A stretch of DNA of 31,749 bases from IMG/VR virus record IMGVR_UViG_3300010398_000027, positions 1-31,749 of that record. One strand, written 5' to 3'. Below the pieces are notes generated by a model that worked only from the letters and a program-made list of their open reading frames with translations, was not told the DNA's origin and made no database searches. The DNA is from a virus. Taxonomy: Duplodnaviria > Caudoviricetes. Within the stretch, counting starts at the first letter, position 1. Each line of letters starts with the position of its first letter. The position numbers and the translations under genes are program-made. This document shows, piece by piece, positions 16,826 through 26,604 of this stretch.

Positions 16826-17098
16826 TCAGCTATAGACCAGGATGCCGCCGCCGGCGGAGCCGGGCACGATGTAGATGCCCGTCTTGGCCGGGATGTCCAG
16901 CACGGTGATGCCGACCGCAGGCGTGGTGGCCGTGAACAGCACGGTGCCTGAGGCGGCGCTGGGGTTGTCGTAGATGGTGATGCTGCCGGTCACCACCGAG
17001 GTGACGACGAGTTTCGCGACGCGCCCGGCGCGCGGCTTGACCGCGAGGCCCGTGGTCGTCCAGGCCGCGTAGTTGGCGCCCTGAAAGGTCTCTTCCAC
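16826..17098 (-). CDS. Small beta-sandwich protein, possible capsid decoration
   Basis: Directly after capsid gene; GSITIYDNPSAASGTVL...TGIYI. Confidence 0.6.
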   Translation of the reverse strand: MEETFQGANYAAWTTTGLAVKPRAGRVAKLVVTSVVTGSITIYDNPSAASGTVLFTATTPAVGITVLDIPAKTGIYIVPGSAGGGILVYS

Positions 17099-17107
17099 GC
17101 GCGTCGG

Positions 17108-17992
17108 CTACTTGACCGCCAGAAGCTTGACCGTCCAGTTGCTCGAGTTGGTCGTGGCCGCGGCCGCCTCGTCCGCTTCCAGGCGCTCGAACATGCCGTA
17201 GATGGTGTCCATACTCACGATCCAGCTGAGATCCAGCGGGCTGTACCAGGTGTGCGTCGTCGGCTGGCGCTGGATGGCCTTGAAATAGTGTGTCTTCGAC
17301 CAGAACGCGCCCGTGGCGTTCGGCGCGGTGCCCGCGAGCAGCTGCGACTCGTACACGTCGGCGCCGTAGATCTTGCCCACGCGCGCCTCTTCGACCGCGG
17401 TGCCGCCCTCGTCCTGGCCGACGTACAGCATGTTGGTGAATTTCTCGAGCTTGAGGAAACCCGAGTAGGTGGCCGGCGGGACGACGATGTACCACGGGCG
17501 GGGCGCGGCCTGGTTGCGCAGCAGGGTGCGCGCCTGGATCAGGTTGTCGTCGGTCAGCTCGGCGCCGTTGGTGCCGACCGAGTTCGTCGCCGCCGAAAAC
17601 AGGCTCGCCGCGTCGACGTCCATCTGGCGCGCCAGGGCGTAGGCGCCGGCTATCGTCGTCTCGGAGCGGATGTCGTAGCGCGACTGGATCTCGGCGATGT
17701 CCTCGATTTTCTGGGCGATGGCGCGGTGGCCGTTGGTCATCGGCAGCACGAACTGCTGCGACGTTTCGGTGATGGCCTGCGGCGTGAGCGGAGTGCCGGC
17801 CGCCTTCGCGTTGGCGGTCAGGTTGTGGCGCGACGGCAGGTTGATGGTGTTGGCGTGCTGGTCGACGAGCGCGCTCTTGTCATCGAACAGCGCGGCGACG
17901 ACGACGTCGTATTGAATGGCGCGGTTGAGTTCCGGCGACCAGACCTGATCGATGAACACCGCCGCGGTGGTGATGGTGGTTTCACCAGCCAA
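17108..17992 (-). CDS. Major capsid protein (HK97 fold, P22-coat-like)
   Basis: GGAGG SD, TTG start; FIDQVWS, TINLP, AYALARQMD, VGKIYGADVYES, DTIYG; follows scaffold. Confidence 0.88.
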   Translation of the reverse strand: MAGETTITTAAVFIDQVWSPELNRAIQYDVVVAALFDDKSALVDQHANTINLPSRHNLTANAKAAGTPLTPQAITETSQQFVLPMTNGHRAIAQKIEDIAEIQSRYDIRSETTIAGAYALARQMDVDAASLFSAATNSVGTNGAELTDDNLIQARTLLRNQAAPRPWYIVVPPATYSGFLKLEKFTNMLYVGQDEGGTAVEEARVGKIYGADVYESQLLAGTAPNATGAFWSKTHYFKAIQRQPTTHTWYSPLDLSWIVSMDTIYGMFERLEADEAAAATTNSSNWTVKLLAVK

Positions 17993-18035
17993 GGTATGAG
18001 ACCCTCCGTGGAGGGCGTTGTCAGAGTCGCTCTAA

Positions 18036-18917
18036 CTAGCCCTGGGTACGGCCGTTCGCGTGGTCGGCGGCGAGTTGCGCCGTGATCGCGTCGATCTGGG
18101 CGCTGCTCAACTTCGCGGCCTCTTTCGGCGATAAGGCCAGATAGTCATCCACACTGAGTCCGCCCAGGTTGGGCGCGCCGGCGCCGTTGGTCCGTTCGGG
18201 GGTGGCGCGCGAACCGACGAGGCGGCCGCGCAGGCCCTCGAGTTCGCCCTCGAGCTTGGCGACCTGGTCGTCGCGACTCTTCTTGCCGATGTCGATGGCC
18301 CGTTTCACGAGGTCCGCGGCCGACGGCGAAGCGTGCAGGCTCTGGTAGTCGGCCTCGCTCAGGCCGTCGAGCTTGCCCAGGTTGGCAAAGTCGGCGGCCA
18401 TCTCTTGCAGAATCTGCTGACGGGTGCTCTGCATCAGCGCGCTGGCCTGGCGGTTGCCCGAATACAGCTGCAGGACGGCCTGGCGGGCACGATCCTGCGT
18501 GGCGTAATCCGGGGACGCCAGCTCGTTGAAGAGCTGCTCGATACGCTGGTTGGCCTCACGCTGCGTCTGCTGGAACGCGTCCTGCTGCTGGCGTTCGGTC
18601 TGCTCGCGCTCGAGGGCGGCGCGCCCCTCGTTCAGACCGCGCTGGTACGCATCCTCGGCCGCTCGTCGGCGGGTGCCCCGCGTCTCACCGTCCTGGGGTG
18701 AGGCCGCGGCTCCAGCGCTCTCGAGGTGGTCATCGGGTGCGGTCGCCTCGGCAGGTTCCGGTGCCTCCGCGACGGGCGGTGCGGCTCGCTCGGCAGGTCT
18801 CAGCGACTCGGGATAGATCGACGGATCGGGCCCGAGTTGGACATCGACCTGCGGGCCAGCGTCCGGGCCCGTGGGTGCAGGTGCATCTGTCGGTGGCGAC
18901 GTGAGCGAGTCTGACAT
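18036..18917 (-). CDS. Capsid scaffolding protein
   Basis: Acidic, Pro-rich N-terminus, coiled coil, short C-terminal helices; immediately upstream of capsid. Confidence 0.7.
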   Translation of the reverse strand: MSDSLTSPPTDAPAPTGPDAGPQVDVQLGPDPSIYPESLRPAERAAPPVAEAPEPAEATAPDDHLESAGAAASPQDGETRGTRRRAAEDAYQRGLNEGRAALEREQTERQQQDAFQQTQREANQRIEQLFNELASPDYATQDRARQAVLQLYSGNRQASALMQSTRQQILQEMAADFANLGKLDGLSEADYQSLHASPSAADLVKRAIDIGKKSRDDQVAKLEGELEGLRGRLVGSRATPERTNGAGAPNLGGLSVDDYLALSPKEAAKLSSAQIDAITAQLAADHANGRTQG

Positions 18918-19074
18918 CGGGGATGGGGACTCAGACGCCGCAACTGTACCGTAACTTGGCGTTAGCAGTCCGTTGACGGGTGCCGGCTATAGTCGGGCTA
19001 CCACAGAAAAACGCCCGCGTCGCACGTTGGCACTAGCGACCGGGCGTCACACCGAAAGAAGGTTCGTTCTTCCG

Positions 19075-19305
19075 ATGCAACCAAAGACTAGCGTTTTTCT
19101 CGCCGAGGGCATCGTTATCAGTGCCGCGTTGGTTCTCATCGCCGTCCTGGTGGTCGCGTTCAGTCCGCTGCTGTGGACCGACCACCTATTCCACAACAGC
19201 AACCAGCTCATACCCGCCAGCTGCTCGATCACGACGCCCTTGGGGAATGGCTACGTTGGCGTGGCACACTGCCCAGTGTGGGCGAACTGGCAACCTGCCA
19301 GCTAA
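19075..19305 (+). CDS. Moron-like small membrane protein on the opposite strand
   Basis: AAGAAGG SD; TM helix GIVISAALVLIAVLVVAF; two Cys in the C-terminal part. Confidence 0.6.
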   Translation: MQPKTSVFLAEGIVISAALVLIAVLVVAFSPLLWTDHLFHNSNQLIPASCSITTPLGNGYVGVAHCPVWANWQPAS

Positions 19306-22300
19306 GCCGCGCCCAGGAGCGACTGCATGAGCGCGCGGTGCTGGGCGTCGCGCCGCATTTGCTGCTGCAGCAGCATCTGGGTACTGGCCACGTCTGGCCC
19401 GTAGCCGACCACGGGCGCGAGCACACCCGTCGGCGTCGCACGCGCCAGACCATTCCTGCCGACGTCCCGCAGCAGCATTTGACCCGCTGCGGTCGAGGCG
19501 ACCTGGTCGATATTCTGCAGCGCCGCGCGCTGGGCTACCGGGGACATCTGTTGCCACCGATCCGAGCTCACCAGCGTCCCGGCGGCCCGCTGGATGATCT
19601 GGCCGCGGTACTGCTCATACGTGAGCCGCTCCTGCGGCGTCAGCCGAATCTCGTGCATCGGGCCGTACGGGATGCTGTCCGGGGTCGCCGACGGCGCCAC
19701 GCCTGCGGCTTGCATCGCCCCCAGGATAGGGCCGGGCGTGCCGGGCGCGGTGCGCACCGGGACCAGCTCGCCGAGTCCCTGCAGCGGATTGGCGAGCTGC
19801 CGGCCGAGCACGTCCTGTCTGGCCGGCAGGTTCTCGCGCAGGCCGGGGATGTTCTGCAGGACGTTCTCCACGACGCTCTGGGGCAACTGCTGGGATGTCT
19901 GCGCCTGCAAAGCCTGGCGTTGAAGCGGATCGGTCATCTGCGCGATCGACCGCACCAGGCCGGACTCGGGCACCAGGCCGCCGAGCACGCTCGAGGCGAC
20001 GTCCGTGGCGCCCCGTAAGCCGGTAGCGGCCACGCCGCCCGACTGCAGCGCGTCGTACAGGTTGGCAAACGTGCGCATCGGGGTCGCCGAGGCGAGCTGC
20101 TGGCCGACCTCCGAGACGAGCTGCGCCGCGGCCGTGACGCGCGGATCCTCGATGCCGTACGCCTGCGGACCGGCGGCCTGCTGTTTGGCGGTTTGCTTGT
20201 TGTAGGCCTGCACCGCGTCGGCGTACGCGCCGGCCATCATCATCGGTCCGCGCAGTTGGGGGGGCAGCTTCTCCCAACTGTGATAGGCGCCGTCGGGTCC
20301 GACGAAACTGTTGGGCTGGTTGCCGTCGCCAATCCACACGCGCCGCTCGCCCGGATCGGTGGGCCCGTTGCCGGTGATTGCGCCGCTAGTCGCCTTGCTG
20401 GCCAGCCAGACGCTCAGCGCGGTGCCGATCAGGTTGTTGGTGAGCCGCTCGCTGAGCGGGCCCACCGCGGTGCCGGCTGGCGTGGAGCCGAGCCCGGCCG
20501 CGTACGGGCCACGCCCGGCGAGGCCGCGCGCGACGTCGACGGCCGTGCCGGCCAGGCCCAGCGGCGAGGTCTCGACCATGCGACTGGCGAGTGCCATGCC
20601 CATGCGATACACGGGGAACAGCGCATCACCGACAGGTCCCGCGTTGGTGACGAACCTGCCGAAGGCGCTCGTGAGCGTGCCCAGCTCGCCGCGGGCCGCC
20701 GCGCGATCGCCCATGGCGACGGCTCGTGTGCTCGCGGGCTGCCCGAACTGGCGCTGGAACTCCGCGAACCAGTTGGCGCCGCTGTGGCCGGCCGCGGACG
20801 CCGCCTCGCCCGCCTCGGCGCCGTGCTCCATGCTCTGGATCAATTGCGAGGTGGCGTTTTGAAACGCGCCGTGCAGCGCCCCGGCGCCTTCGAACAGGTT
20901 GGCGAGCACGCCCGGCAGGCCACCCCCGGCGCGCGCCGACAACGACGTGGGCCGCGCCAGACTGTCGCTCAAGCCCTGGAGGAAATTGTCGGTCCAGTTG
21001 ACCAGGCCCGATTGCGCACCCAGCACGCGGCCTTGCAGTCGACCCGGCTGGAAACTGGCCAGGTCGCGCACGGCGCCCGTCACCCCGCTCAGCATGGGCG
21101 TCAGGCTAGCGTTGAAGGCGACATCGGCCATCGTGTTCAGACCACTGATGACGCCGCCCTTGTACAGACCCTGCAGCCAGTCGCCGAGCGTCGGCGGCGC
21201 CAGACCCGCGGCCGCGCCAGCCGCGCGCGCGCGCGCCACGGCACCCGGCACGCCCAGGGCGACATCCAGGCCAGGTCCGCCGGCGAGCGCGCCGAGACCC
21301 GCGGCGCCGGCGACTTTGAGCCAGCGGTTGGGATCGTTGGGGTCGGTCGTCTGGTACGCGCCGAGGCCGCCCGCGGCACCGCCACCGAGCGCGCGCGCGA
21401 ACGCTACGTTGGCCGCGGCGGGTTGGGCGCCGCCGAACGGCGCGCCTGCTCCGCCAATTTCACCCGGCGCTGCAACGCCTGCTCGTGGCGCTCCCGGATA
21501 CGGCGCGCCGCCTGCTGGAGTCGCTGCTGCGGACTCGGCTGCTGGGCCACCTAGATCGAATGGTAGCGCCTCGGCCGCCTGCGCCCCAGGTCGGAAGAAC
21601 GTGGCGTTCGGGTTGTCCTCAATGCCCTGTGACGCTTCGGCGATTTGCTGCTGCTCGGCCTGGAGTTGCGCGAGCTCGACGCGCGCGTCGGACAGCGTCT
21701 GCTGACCGCCGCCGAAGGTTGGCCGCACCTGCTCGCGGGCGTAGCGCAATTCGCCGCTGCCCGAGACGAGGCCGACGCGCTCCCACCAGAGCGGGGCGTT
21801 CGCGTCGACGCCGTGGACGCGCGCCAGCTCGCGCAGCGCGTTGTTCGTCCAACCCACAGCCCAGGGTGGACGCAGGACCCCGCCGCCGCCGCCCGCGCCG
21901 GCGTTGTAGACGTCGCCGCCCAGACGATTCTCGAGCTCCGCAATGCGCGCGTCGTTGGCGTCGTAGCGGTCGCCAAGGGTGTTGAGGTGGTCCACGACGT
22001 CGTCGATGGCCATGGGCGAGGCGCCGGGCGCGGTTTCTGTCAGGAGCGAGAATGGATTGACCGGACGCGCCGGTGGCTCGCGACCGGCGAGCGTGCCCCG
22101 CAGCGCGTCCATCATCGCCTGCAGATCGGCCTGGACTTCGCTTTGCGGGCGCGCGATTGGTGCCGCGGGCTCGCGGCCCGCGAGCATGTTCTGCAGGCCG
22201 GTGAGCACGTCGCTGGCGGCCTGCGGCGGCGGGGTGACCACGGGCTCGAACTGGTTGCCGGCGGTGCGCACGAACGACGTCGCCTCGGGATGCGCCGCGG

Positions 22301-24884
22301 CCGCCGCGGCGTAGCTATTCGGCGTCCCCTCGAGCGGCGCCGTGGGCTGGAAGCCTACGCGCACGCCGTACGGGTCGTAGGCGATGCCGGGCGTCGGTTG
22401 GAAACCCTTCAAGACGCCGTACTCGTCGTAATTGGCGGGATTCCTGAGCAAGTCGTCAGCTGCGATGCGCCGCTCCGCCTCGGCGTTGATCGACCGCACC
22501 AGGTCGTCTTGGGCGATGCGTTGCTGGGCGGCCGCGTTGATCTCGTCGAGCAGCTGCTGCTGGTGCGTCGCGGCGGTCTCGAGCCCGACCGCCGCCGGCG
22601 GCGCGATCGGCGACGGTCCCGTGCGCAGGCGTCCCAGCAACAGCTCCTGCAGGTTGGGCATCTCGGGCATTTCGAGGCCGCCCACGGCGAACTGAGCCTG
22701 CTGGTAGCGCTGCCGGTCCTCGGGCGTCATCACCGAGGGATCGACCGACATCGTCATCGGCTGGCCGCCGATCGGCAGGCTGAGCGCGCCCGGCGTGCCC
22801 GCGTACTTCTGGTTCAGGTCCGAGATCGCCTGCATCGAGTCCAGCACGCCCATGGGCATGTACGGCCCGAGCGTTGAGCTGAGGTCCTGGCCCAGGCCGC
22901 GCAGGTTCTGCATGAAGGCCGGGATGGGCCCGTTCTGGCTCAGATCGGTGACCGACTGCGGGCTGCTCAGGTACTGGCCCAGATCGAGCGCCTTGCCGCC
23001 GATGTTGGGGATGCCCGAGGCGGTGAGCGCGTTCGACTGCAGCAGGTCGTTGACCGTGGTCGGTATCTGCTGCACGCCCTGCGACAGCTGGTCCTGCAGC
23101 GACTGCAGCGACGAGGTGGGCGGCGGGCTGCCACCGACGTCGAGCACGGCGCGCGTGATGTCGTCGATCTTGCCCTGGAGCGCGCCCGTGGCACCGCCCA
23201 GGATGCTGCCGACCAGGCGCTGGCCCTGCTCGAGCAACGGCTGCTGCAACGCGCCCGGCTGCGGCGCGAAGCTACCCGGCGGCGTGACCAGGCCGCCCGG
23301 CACGCCCGGCAGCGGGTGCGGGCTCTGACCCGGCCCCGGCAGGGGAATGGACACCGGCCCGATGTTGAGCGAGCGAGCCGTCGTCGACTGGGCAGTACCG
23401 TCGGATTGCGCCAGAGGATGATCGGCAAAGATGGCCGCGCGCGCGCCGCCGTGCGACTGGGGCATGCCGTTGATCTGGTCGGGCGTCATCCACTCGCTGC
23501 CGCCCTTCAGGTCGGTGCCGCTCGTGCCGACGTGCAACTGGCCGGTCTGGGCGTTGTAGCCGTCGACGTAGTAGTAGTGCCCCGGCGTGTCGATGATGAC
23601 GGGGTTGCCGCCCGCGGCGTCGCGGCCGACCGTGGCCCAGTCGACGCCCTGCGTGGCGTGCGCGTCCACGCCCATCGCGTTCAGCAGTTTGACCTCGGAG
23701 CCGACGCCGGCCATGCCCTGATCGGGATTCCAGCCGACCTGCTGGGCGAGCTGCTTGGCCTCGGCGACCGTCGGGTTGCGACCGTACGTCTGGGCGAAGG
23801 CGATCGCCGCGGTCGGCCCGCAGAACGCCATCGCGTCGCCGCTCGAGAGCCCCAGGCCAAACTGCGAGGTGCGCGTGGCGACCTGCGACTTGGCGGCGTC
23901 GATGGCCGTGTTGACCGCGCTCAGGCCCTGCTGGGCGACATCCTTGGCACCACCCAGAATCGTGTTGACGTAGCGCTGCGTCTCCGCAAACGGCGGCACG
24001 CCAGCGTACTGGTCGACGTTGCCTGGTCCGGCGTTGTAGGCGGCCAGGGTCTTGCTCCAGTCGCCGCCGTATTTCTGCAGGTTCTGGGCGTCCATCTTCG
24101 CTGCGGCGTCCAGCGATTGCTGGGGATTGGTCGGGTCGATGCCCATGCCCTGCGCCGTCTGGGGCATGAACTGCGCAATGCCGGTCGCGCCCGCCGGTGA
24201 CTTCGCACTGGGATTGAACCCGGATTCTTGCTGGATCTGGCGCGTGAACACCTCGGGGTCGATGCCGTACTTCGCCGCGGCCTGGCGCGCCTGGTCGATG
24301 TAGTCGCCGGGCGTGGCGGACTGCGGACCCGCGGGCACCCCGGGCGTAGTCTGGGGGGTGCTGGGAGGCCCGCCAGACACTTGCGGCGCCGGAGTGGGTG
24401 GTGGACCGCCTGGTGGCGGAGGCGTGGGCTCAGCGGCCTGTGCGGCGCCGCCGAGCAGCTTCTGCATCTGCTGGCCGACCCAGTCGGCGCCGGCATTGGT
24501 CAGATCCGTGGTCTGCGACGGGGTGGAGGGCTGCGCCACCGGCGCTGGTGGTGGCGCCTCGGGCGTGGGCGTCGGCGGTGGAGGCGTGGGGACCGGCGGC
24601 GCGGCCGCTTCTGCTGGCGGGGCCACCGGTGGTGGCGTGGGCACGCCGCCGGGTACGGGTGCCGGCGTCGGCGTGGGCATCGGCGCCGGGGTTGGCTGGG
24701 CGACCGGCGCTGGCGACGGCGCGGCCTGGGGAACCATGGCCTGCACCTGGCGCATGGCCTGCTGCATCTGCTGCTGGGCCCAGTCCTGGCCGGCCTGCAC
24801 GCGCTGCTGCTGCTGCTGCAGCCACAACTGGCCGGCACTCTGCAGGTAGTCCTCGGTCGGCAGCCAGATGCCCGTGCCCGGCAT
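19302..24884 (-). CDS. Large internal virion/ejection protein with lytic transglycosylase and C39-like peptidase domains
   Basis: SLT motifs QESGFNPSAKSPAGATGIAQFMP...LAAYNAG...ETQRYV; FCGPTA...HYYYVDGY; 1860 aa. Confidence 0.85.
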   Translation of the reverse strand: MPGTGIWLPTEDYLQSAGQLWLQQQQQRVQAGQDWAQQQMQQAMRQVQAMVPQAAPSPAPVAQPTPAPMPTPTPAPVPGGVPTPPPVAPPAEAAAPPVPTPPPPTPTPEAPPPAPVAQPSTPSQTTDLTNAGADWVGQQMQKLLGGAAQAAEPTPPPPGGPPPTPAPQVSGGPPSTPQTTPGVPAGPQSATPGDYIDQARQAAAKYGIDPEVFTRQIQQESGFNPSAKSPAGATGIAQFMPQTAQGMGIDPTNPQQSLDAAAKMDAQNLQKYGGDWSKTLAAYNAGPGNVDQYAGVPPFAETQRYVNTILGGAKDVAQQGLSAVNTAIDAAKSQVATRTSQFGLGLSSGDAMAFCGPTAAIAFAQTYGRNPTVAEAKQLAQQVGWNPDQGMAGVGSEVKLLNAMGVDAHATQGVDWATVGRDAAGGNPVIIDTPGHYYYVDGYNAQTGQLHVGTSGTDLKGGSEWMTPDQINGMPQSHGGARAAIFADHPLAQSDGTAQSTTARSLNIGPVSIPLPGPGQSPHPLPGVPGGLVTPPGSFAPQPGALQQPLLEQGQRLVGSILGGATGALQGKIDDITRAVLDVGGSPPPTSSLQSLQDQLSQGVQQIPTTVNDLLQSNALTASGIPNIGGKALDLGQYLSSPQSVTDLSQNGPIPAFMQNLRGLGQDLSSTLGPYMPMGVLDSMQAISDLNQKYAGTPGALSLPIGGQPMTMSVDPSVMTPEDRQRYQQAQFAVGGLEMPEMPNLQELLLGRLRTGPSPIAPPAAVGLETAATHQQQLLDEINAAAQQRIAQDDLVRSINAEAERRIAADDLLRNPANYDEYGVLKGFQPTPGIAYDPYGVRVGFQPTAPLEGTPNSYAAAAAAHPEATSFVRTAGNQFEPVVTPPPQAASDVLTGLQNMLAGREPAAPIARPQSEVQADLQAMMDALRGTLAGREPPARPVNPFSLLTETAPGASPMAIDDVVDHLNTLGDRYDANDARIAELENRLGGDVYNAGAGGGGGVLRPPWAVGWTNNALRELARVHGVDANAPLWWERVGLVSGSGELRYAREQVRPTFGGGQQTLSDARVELAQLQAEQQQIAEASQGIEDNPNATFFRPGAQAAEALPFDLGGPAAESAAATPAGGAPYPGAPRAGVAAPGEIGGAGAPFGGAQPAAANVAFARALGGGAAGGLGAYQTTDPNDPNRWLKVAGAAGLGALAGGPGLDVALGVPGAVARARAAGAAAGLAPPTLGDWLQGLYKGGVISGLNTMADVAFNASLTPMLSGVTGAVRDLASFQPGRLQGRVLGAQSGLVNWTDNFLQGLSDSLARPTSLSARAGGGLPGVLANLFEGAGALHGAFQNATSQLIQSMEHGAEAGEAASAAGHSGANWFAEFQRQFGQPASTRAVAMGDRAAARGELGTLTSAFGRFVTNAGPVGDALFPVYRMGMALASRMVETSPLGLAGTAVDVARGLAGRGPYAAGLGSTPAGTAVGPLSERLTNNLIGTALSVWLASKATSGAITGNGPTDPGERRVWIGDGNQPNSFVGPDGAYHSWEKLPPQLRGPMMMAGAYADAVQAYNKQTAKQQAAGPQAYGIEDPRVTAAAQLVSEVGQQLASATPMRTFANLYDALQSGGVAATGLRGATDVASSVLGGLVPESGLVRSIAQMTDPLQRQALQAQTSQQLPQSVVENVLQNIPGLRENLPARQDVLGRQLANPLQGLGELVPVRTAPGTPGPILGAMQAAGVAPSATPDSIPYGPMHEIRLTPQERLTYEQYRGQIIQRAAGTLVSSDRWQQMSPVAQRAALQNIDQVASTAAGQMLLRDVGRNGLARATPTGVLAPVVGYGPDVASTQMLLQQQMRRDAQHRALMQSLLGAA

Positions 24885-24890
24885 GTCGAC

Positions 24891-26576
24891 CTACGCCAGC
24901 GTCGTCCGAGCGATGGGTGCCTGTTGGCCGACGCGCGACTGCGCGTACTGGTTCATGAAACTGGGCAGGCTGTAGCCGGCGGCGCCGAGGCCCGAGCCGA
25001 AGGCCTGCATCTCGTCCGGCGACATGCGCTCGAGGCTGCCGGGCGCCAGGCCCTGGGCGCCGCGCTGCGCGATGCCGCGGATTGTGTTCAGCGTCGAGGT
25101 GTAGTCCCAGCCCGGCGTGGCCGACGTGGGCGTCGTCTGGCCGGCACCGGTCTGATACAGCGCGGGCGTGGCGAGCGCGCCGGGCGTCCAGCCCGGTTGC
25201 GTGCCGCTCGAGGTGCCGCGGATGGCGCCGCTCGGGGCGACCTGCTGGTTAGGGTTGTAGTTCTGATCGGCGACCAGCGTGTTGGGATTGGCCAGATCGC
25301 CCTGCATGGCGCCCATCTGCATGTAGCCGGTGGGCGCGTTCGGGTTGTACGTCGCCTGGCCATAGTTGGCCGTGGGGCCGAGCCTGGTGCCCGACGGGTT
25401 GGCATACTGCGCGAGCGACGCCTCGGGCGTGGTCCAGCTCGGTGTGGTCGTGCCGCCCATCTGCCCGATCAGGCCGGCCGCGGACTGCGGCGTCGGCGCC
25501 GTCGTGCCCGTGGCCTGGAAGGCGGGCGCGGCCATGTTGTTGGCCAGGTTCTGCAGGTACACCGGCACGTTGGGATTGCCGGCCGCGCCGCGCAGATAGT
25601 TGGACAACTGGAACGTGTTCTGCGGGCCCTGCAACTGCGCCGCCGTGCTCAGGTACTGCTGACCCAGCTGCCCCTGCTGCAGCGCCAGATTCTGGTTGAA
25701 CTCGCGCGCGGCCTCGGTCGGCGCGCCCTGATACATACCCGACAGCGTGGCCGCCTGATTGATGGCCTGCAGGGTCTGCTGCCCTTGCTGCGGCACGCCG
25801 TAGGTGCCGTACATCTGCTGCAGCGCCATCGTCGGCGTGGGCCCGTTGGTGCCGTACACGAACTGCTCGGGCGTCATGCCGGCCTGCTGCAGCGCGCCCT
25901 GGACGTCACCCCAGTAGTGCTGGGCCGCCTCGGTGGGATCGCCCTCGTACTGCTTCAGATAGGTCTGCTGCGTCGAGGGGCTGGCCTTGGCAAATGCGTC
26001 ATTGACGATGTTGCCCATCGGCTGCTGGTAGAGCCCTGTCTGGGCCGCCTGATTGGCGGCGATCTGCGCCGCCTGCGCCGTGGCCTGCTGCGTCTGGCCC
26101 ATCTGCCCCTGGCCCTGCCGCAGCAACTGGAAATTCGCCGTGTCGACCTGGGGGAAGGTGTTGGCATCGACGCCCGCGGGCGCACTCGGCAGCACCACGA
26201 GCTGGCCGCCGGCCTGGATCTGGCCGACCTGCCCGGTCTGCATGTCGCGGATGTACGTGCCGGGCTGGTATTGCCACGCCTGGGGGTTGTTGAACTGCCC
26301 CGTCAGACCCGCGGCGCCCATGCCCAGCTGCGCGTACTGGCCGAGCGCGCCGAGGGTGGCCGTGCCGGCCGCGGGTTGCGTCGGCCCGCCGGCGCCCCAC
26401 TGCATCCAGTTGCCGCCGGGCGCGTTGCCGAACTGCGTCGCGTACGCCTGCGCCTGCTGCAGCGCGGCCTGCTGCTGCTGGAACTGCAGCGCCTGCAGAA
26501 ACATCTGCCACTGCTGATTCAGGCCGGCCGCGTAGCCGCCCGAGGTCTGTCCGAAGAACGTGCCGAGGGGATCTGT
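24891..26576 (-). CDS. Gln/Gly/Ala-rich internal virion (ejection-like) protein; probable non-AUG start
   Basis: First ATG (26504) has no SD; frame is open to 26597 and GGGAGG at 26591-26586 precedes CTA-ACA-GAT-CCC (..TDPLGTFFGQ..). Confidence 0.7.
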   Translation of the reverse strand, partial: TDPLGTFFGQTSGGYAAGLNQQWQMFLQALQFQQQQAALQQAQAYATQFGNAPGGNWMQWGAGGPTQPAAGTATLGALGQYAQLGMGAAGLTGQFNNPQAWQYQPGTYIRDMQTGQVGQIQAGGQLVVLPSAPAGVDANTFPQVDTANFQLLRQGQGQMGQTQQATAQAAQIAANQAAQTGLYQQPMGNIVNDAFAKASPSTQQTYLKQYEGDPTEAAQHYWGDVQGALQQAGMTPEQFVYGTNGPTPTMALQQMYGTYGVPQQGQQTLQAINQAATLSGMYQGAPTEAAREFNQNLALQQGQLGQQYLSTAAQLQGPQNTFQLSNYLRGAAGNPNVPVYLQNLANNMAAPAFQATGTTAPTPQSAAGLIGQMGGTTTPSWTTPEASLAQYANPSGTRLGPTANYGQATYNPNAPTGYMQMGAMQGDLANPNTLVADQNYNPNQQVAPSGAIRGTSSGTQPGWTPGALATPALYQTGAGQTTPTSATPGWDYTSTLNTIRGIAQRGAQGLAPGSLERMSPDEMQAFGSGLGAAGYSLPSFMNQYAQSRVGQQAPIARTTLA

Positions 26577-26604
26577 TAGCCGGTCCCTCCCTGGTGTTCA
26601 GGTC

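Noticed and set aside
18973-18993. TTGACG/TATAGT as a sigma70 promoter pair
   Set aside because: Spacing is only 9 bp; only the -10-like hexamer is retained as a possibility.
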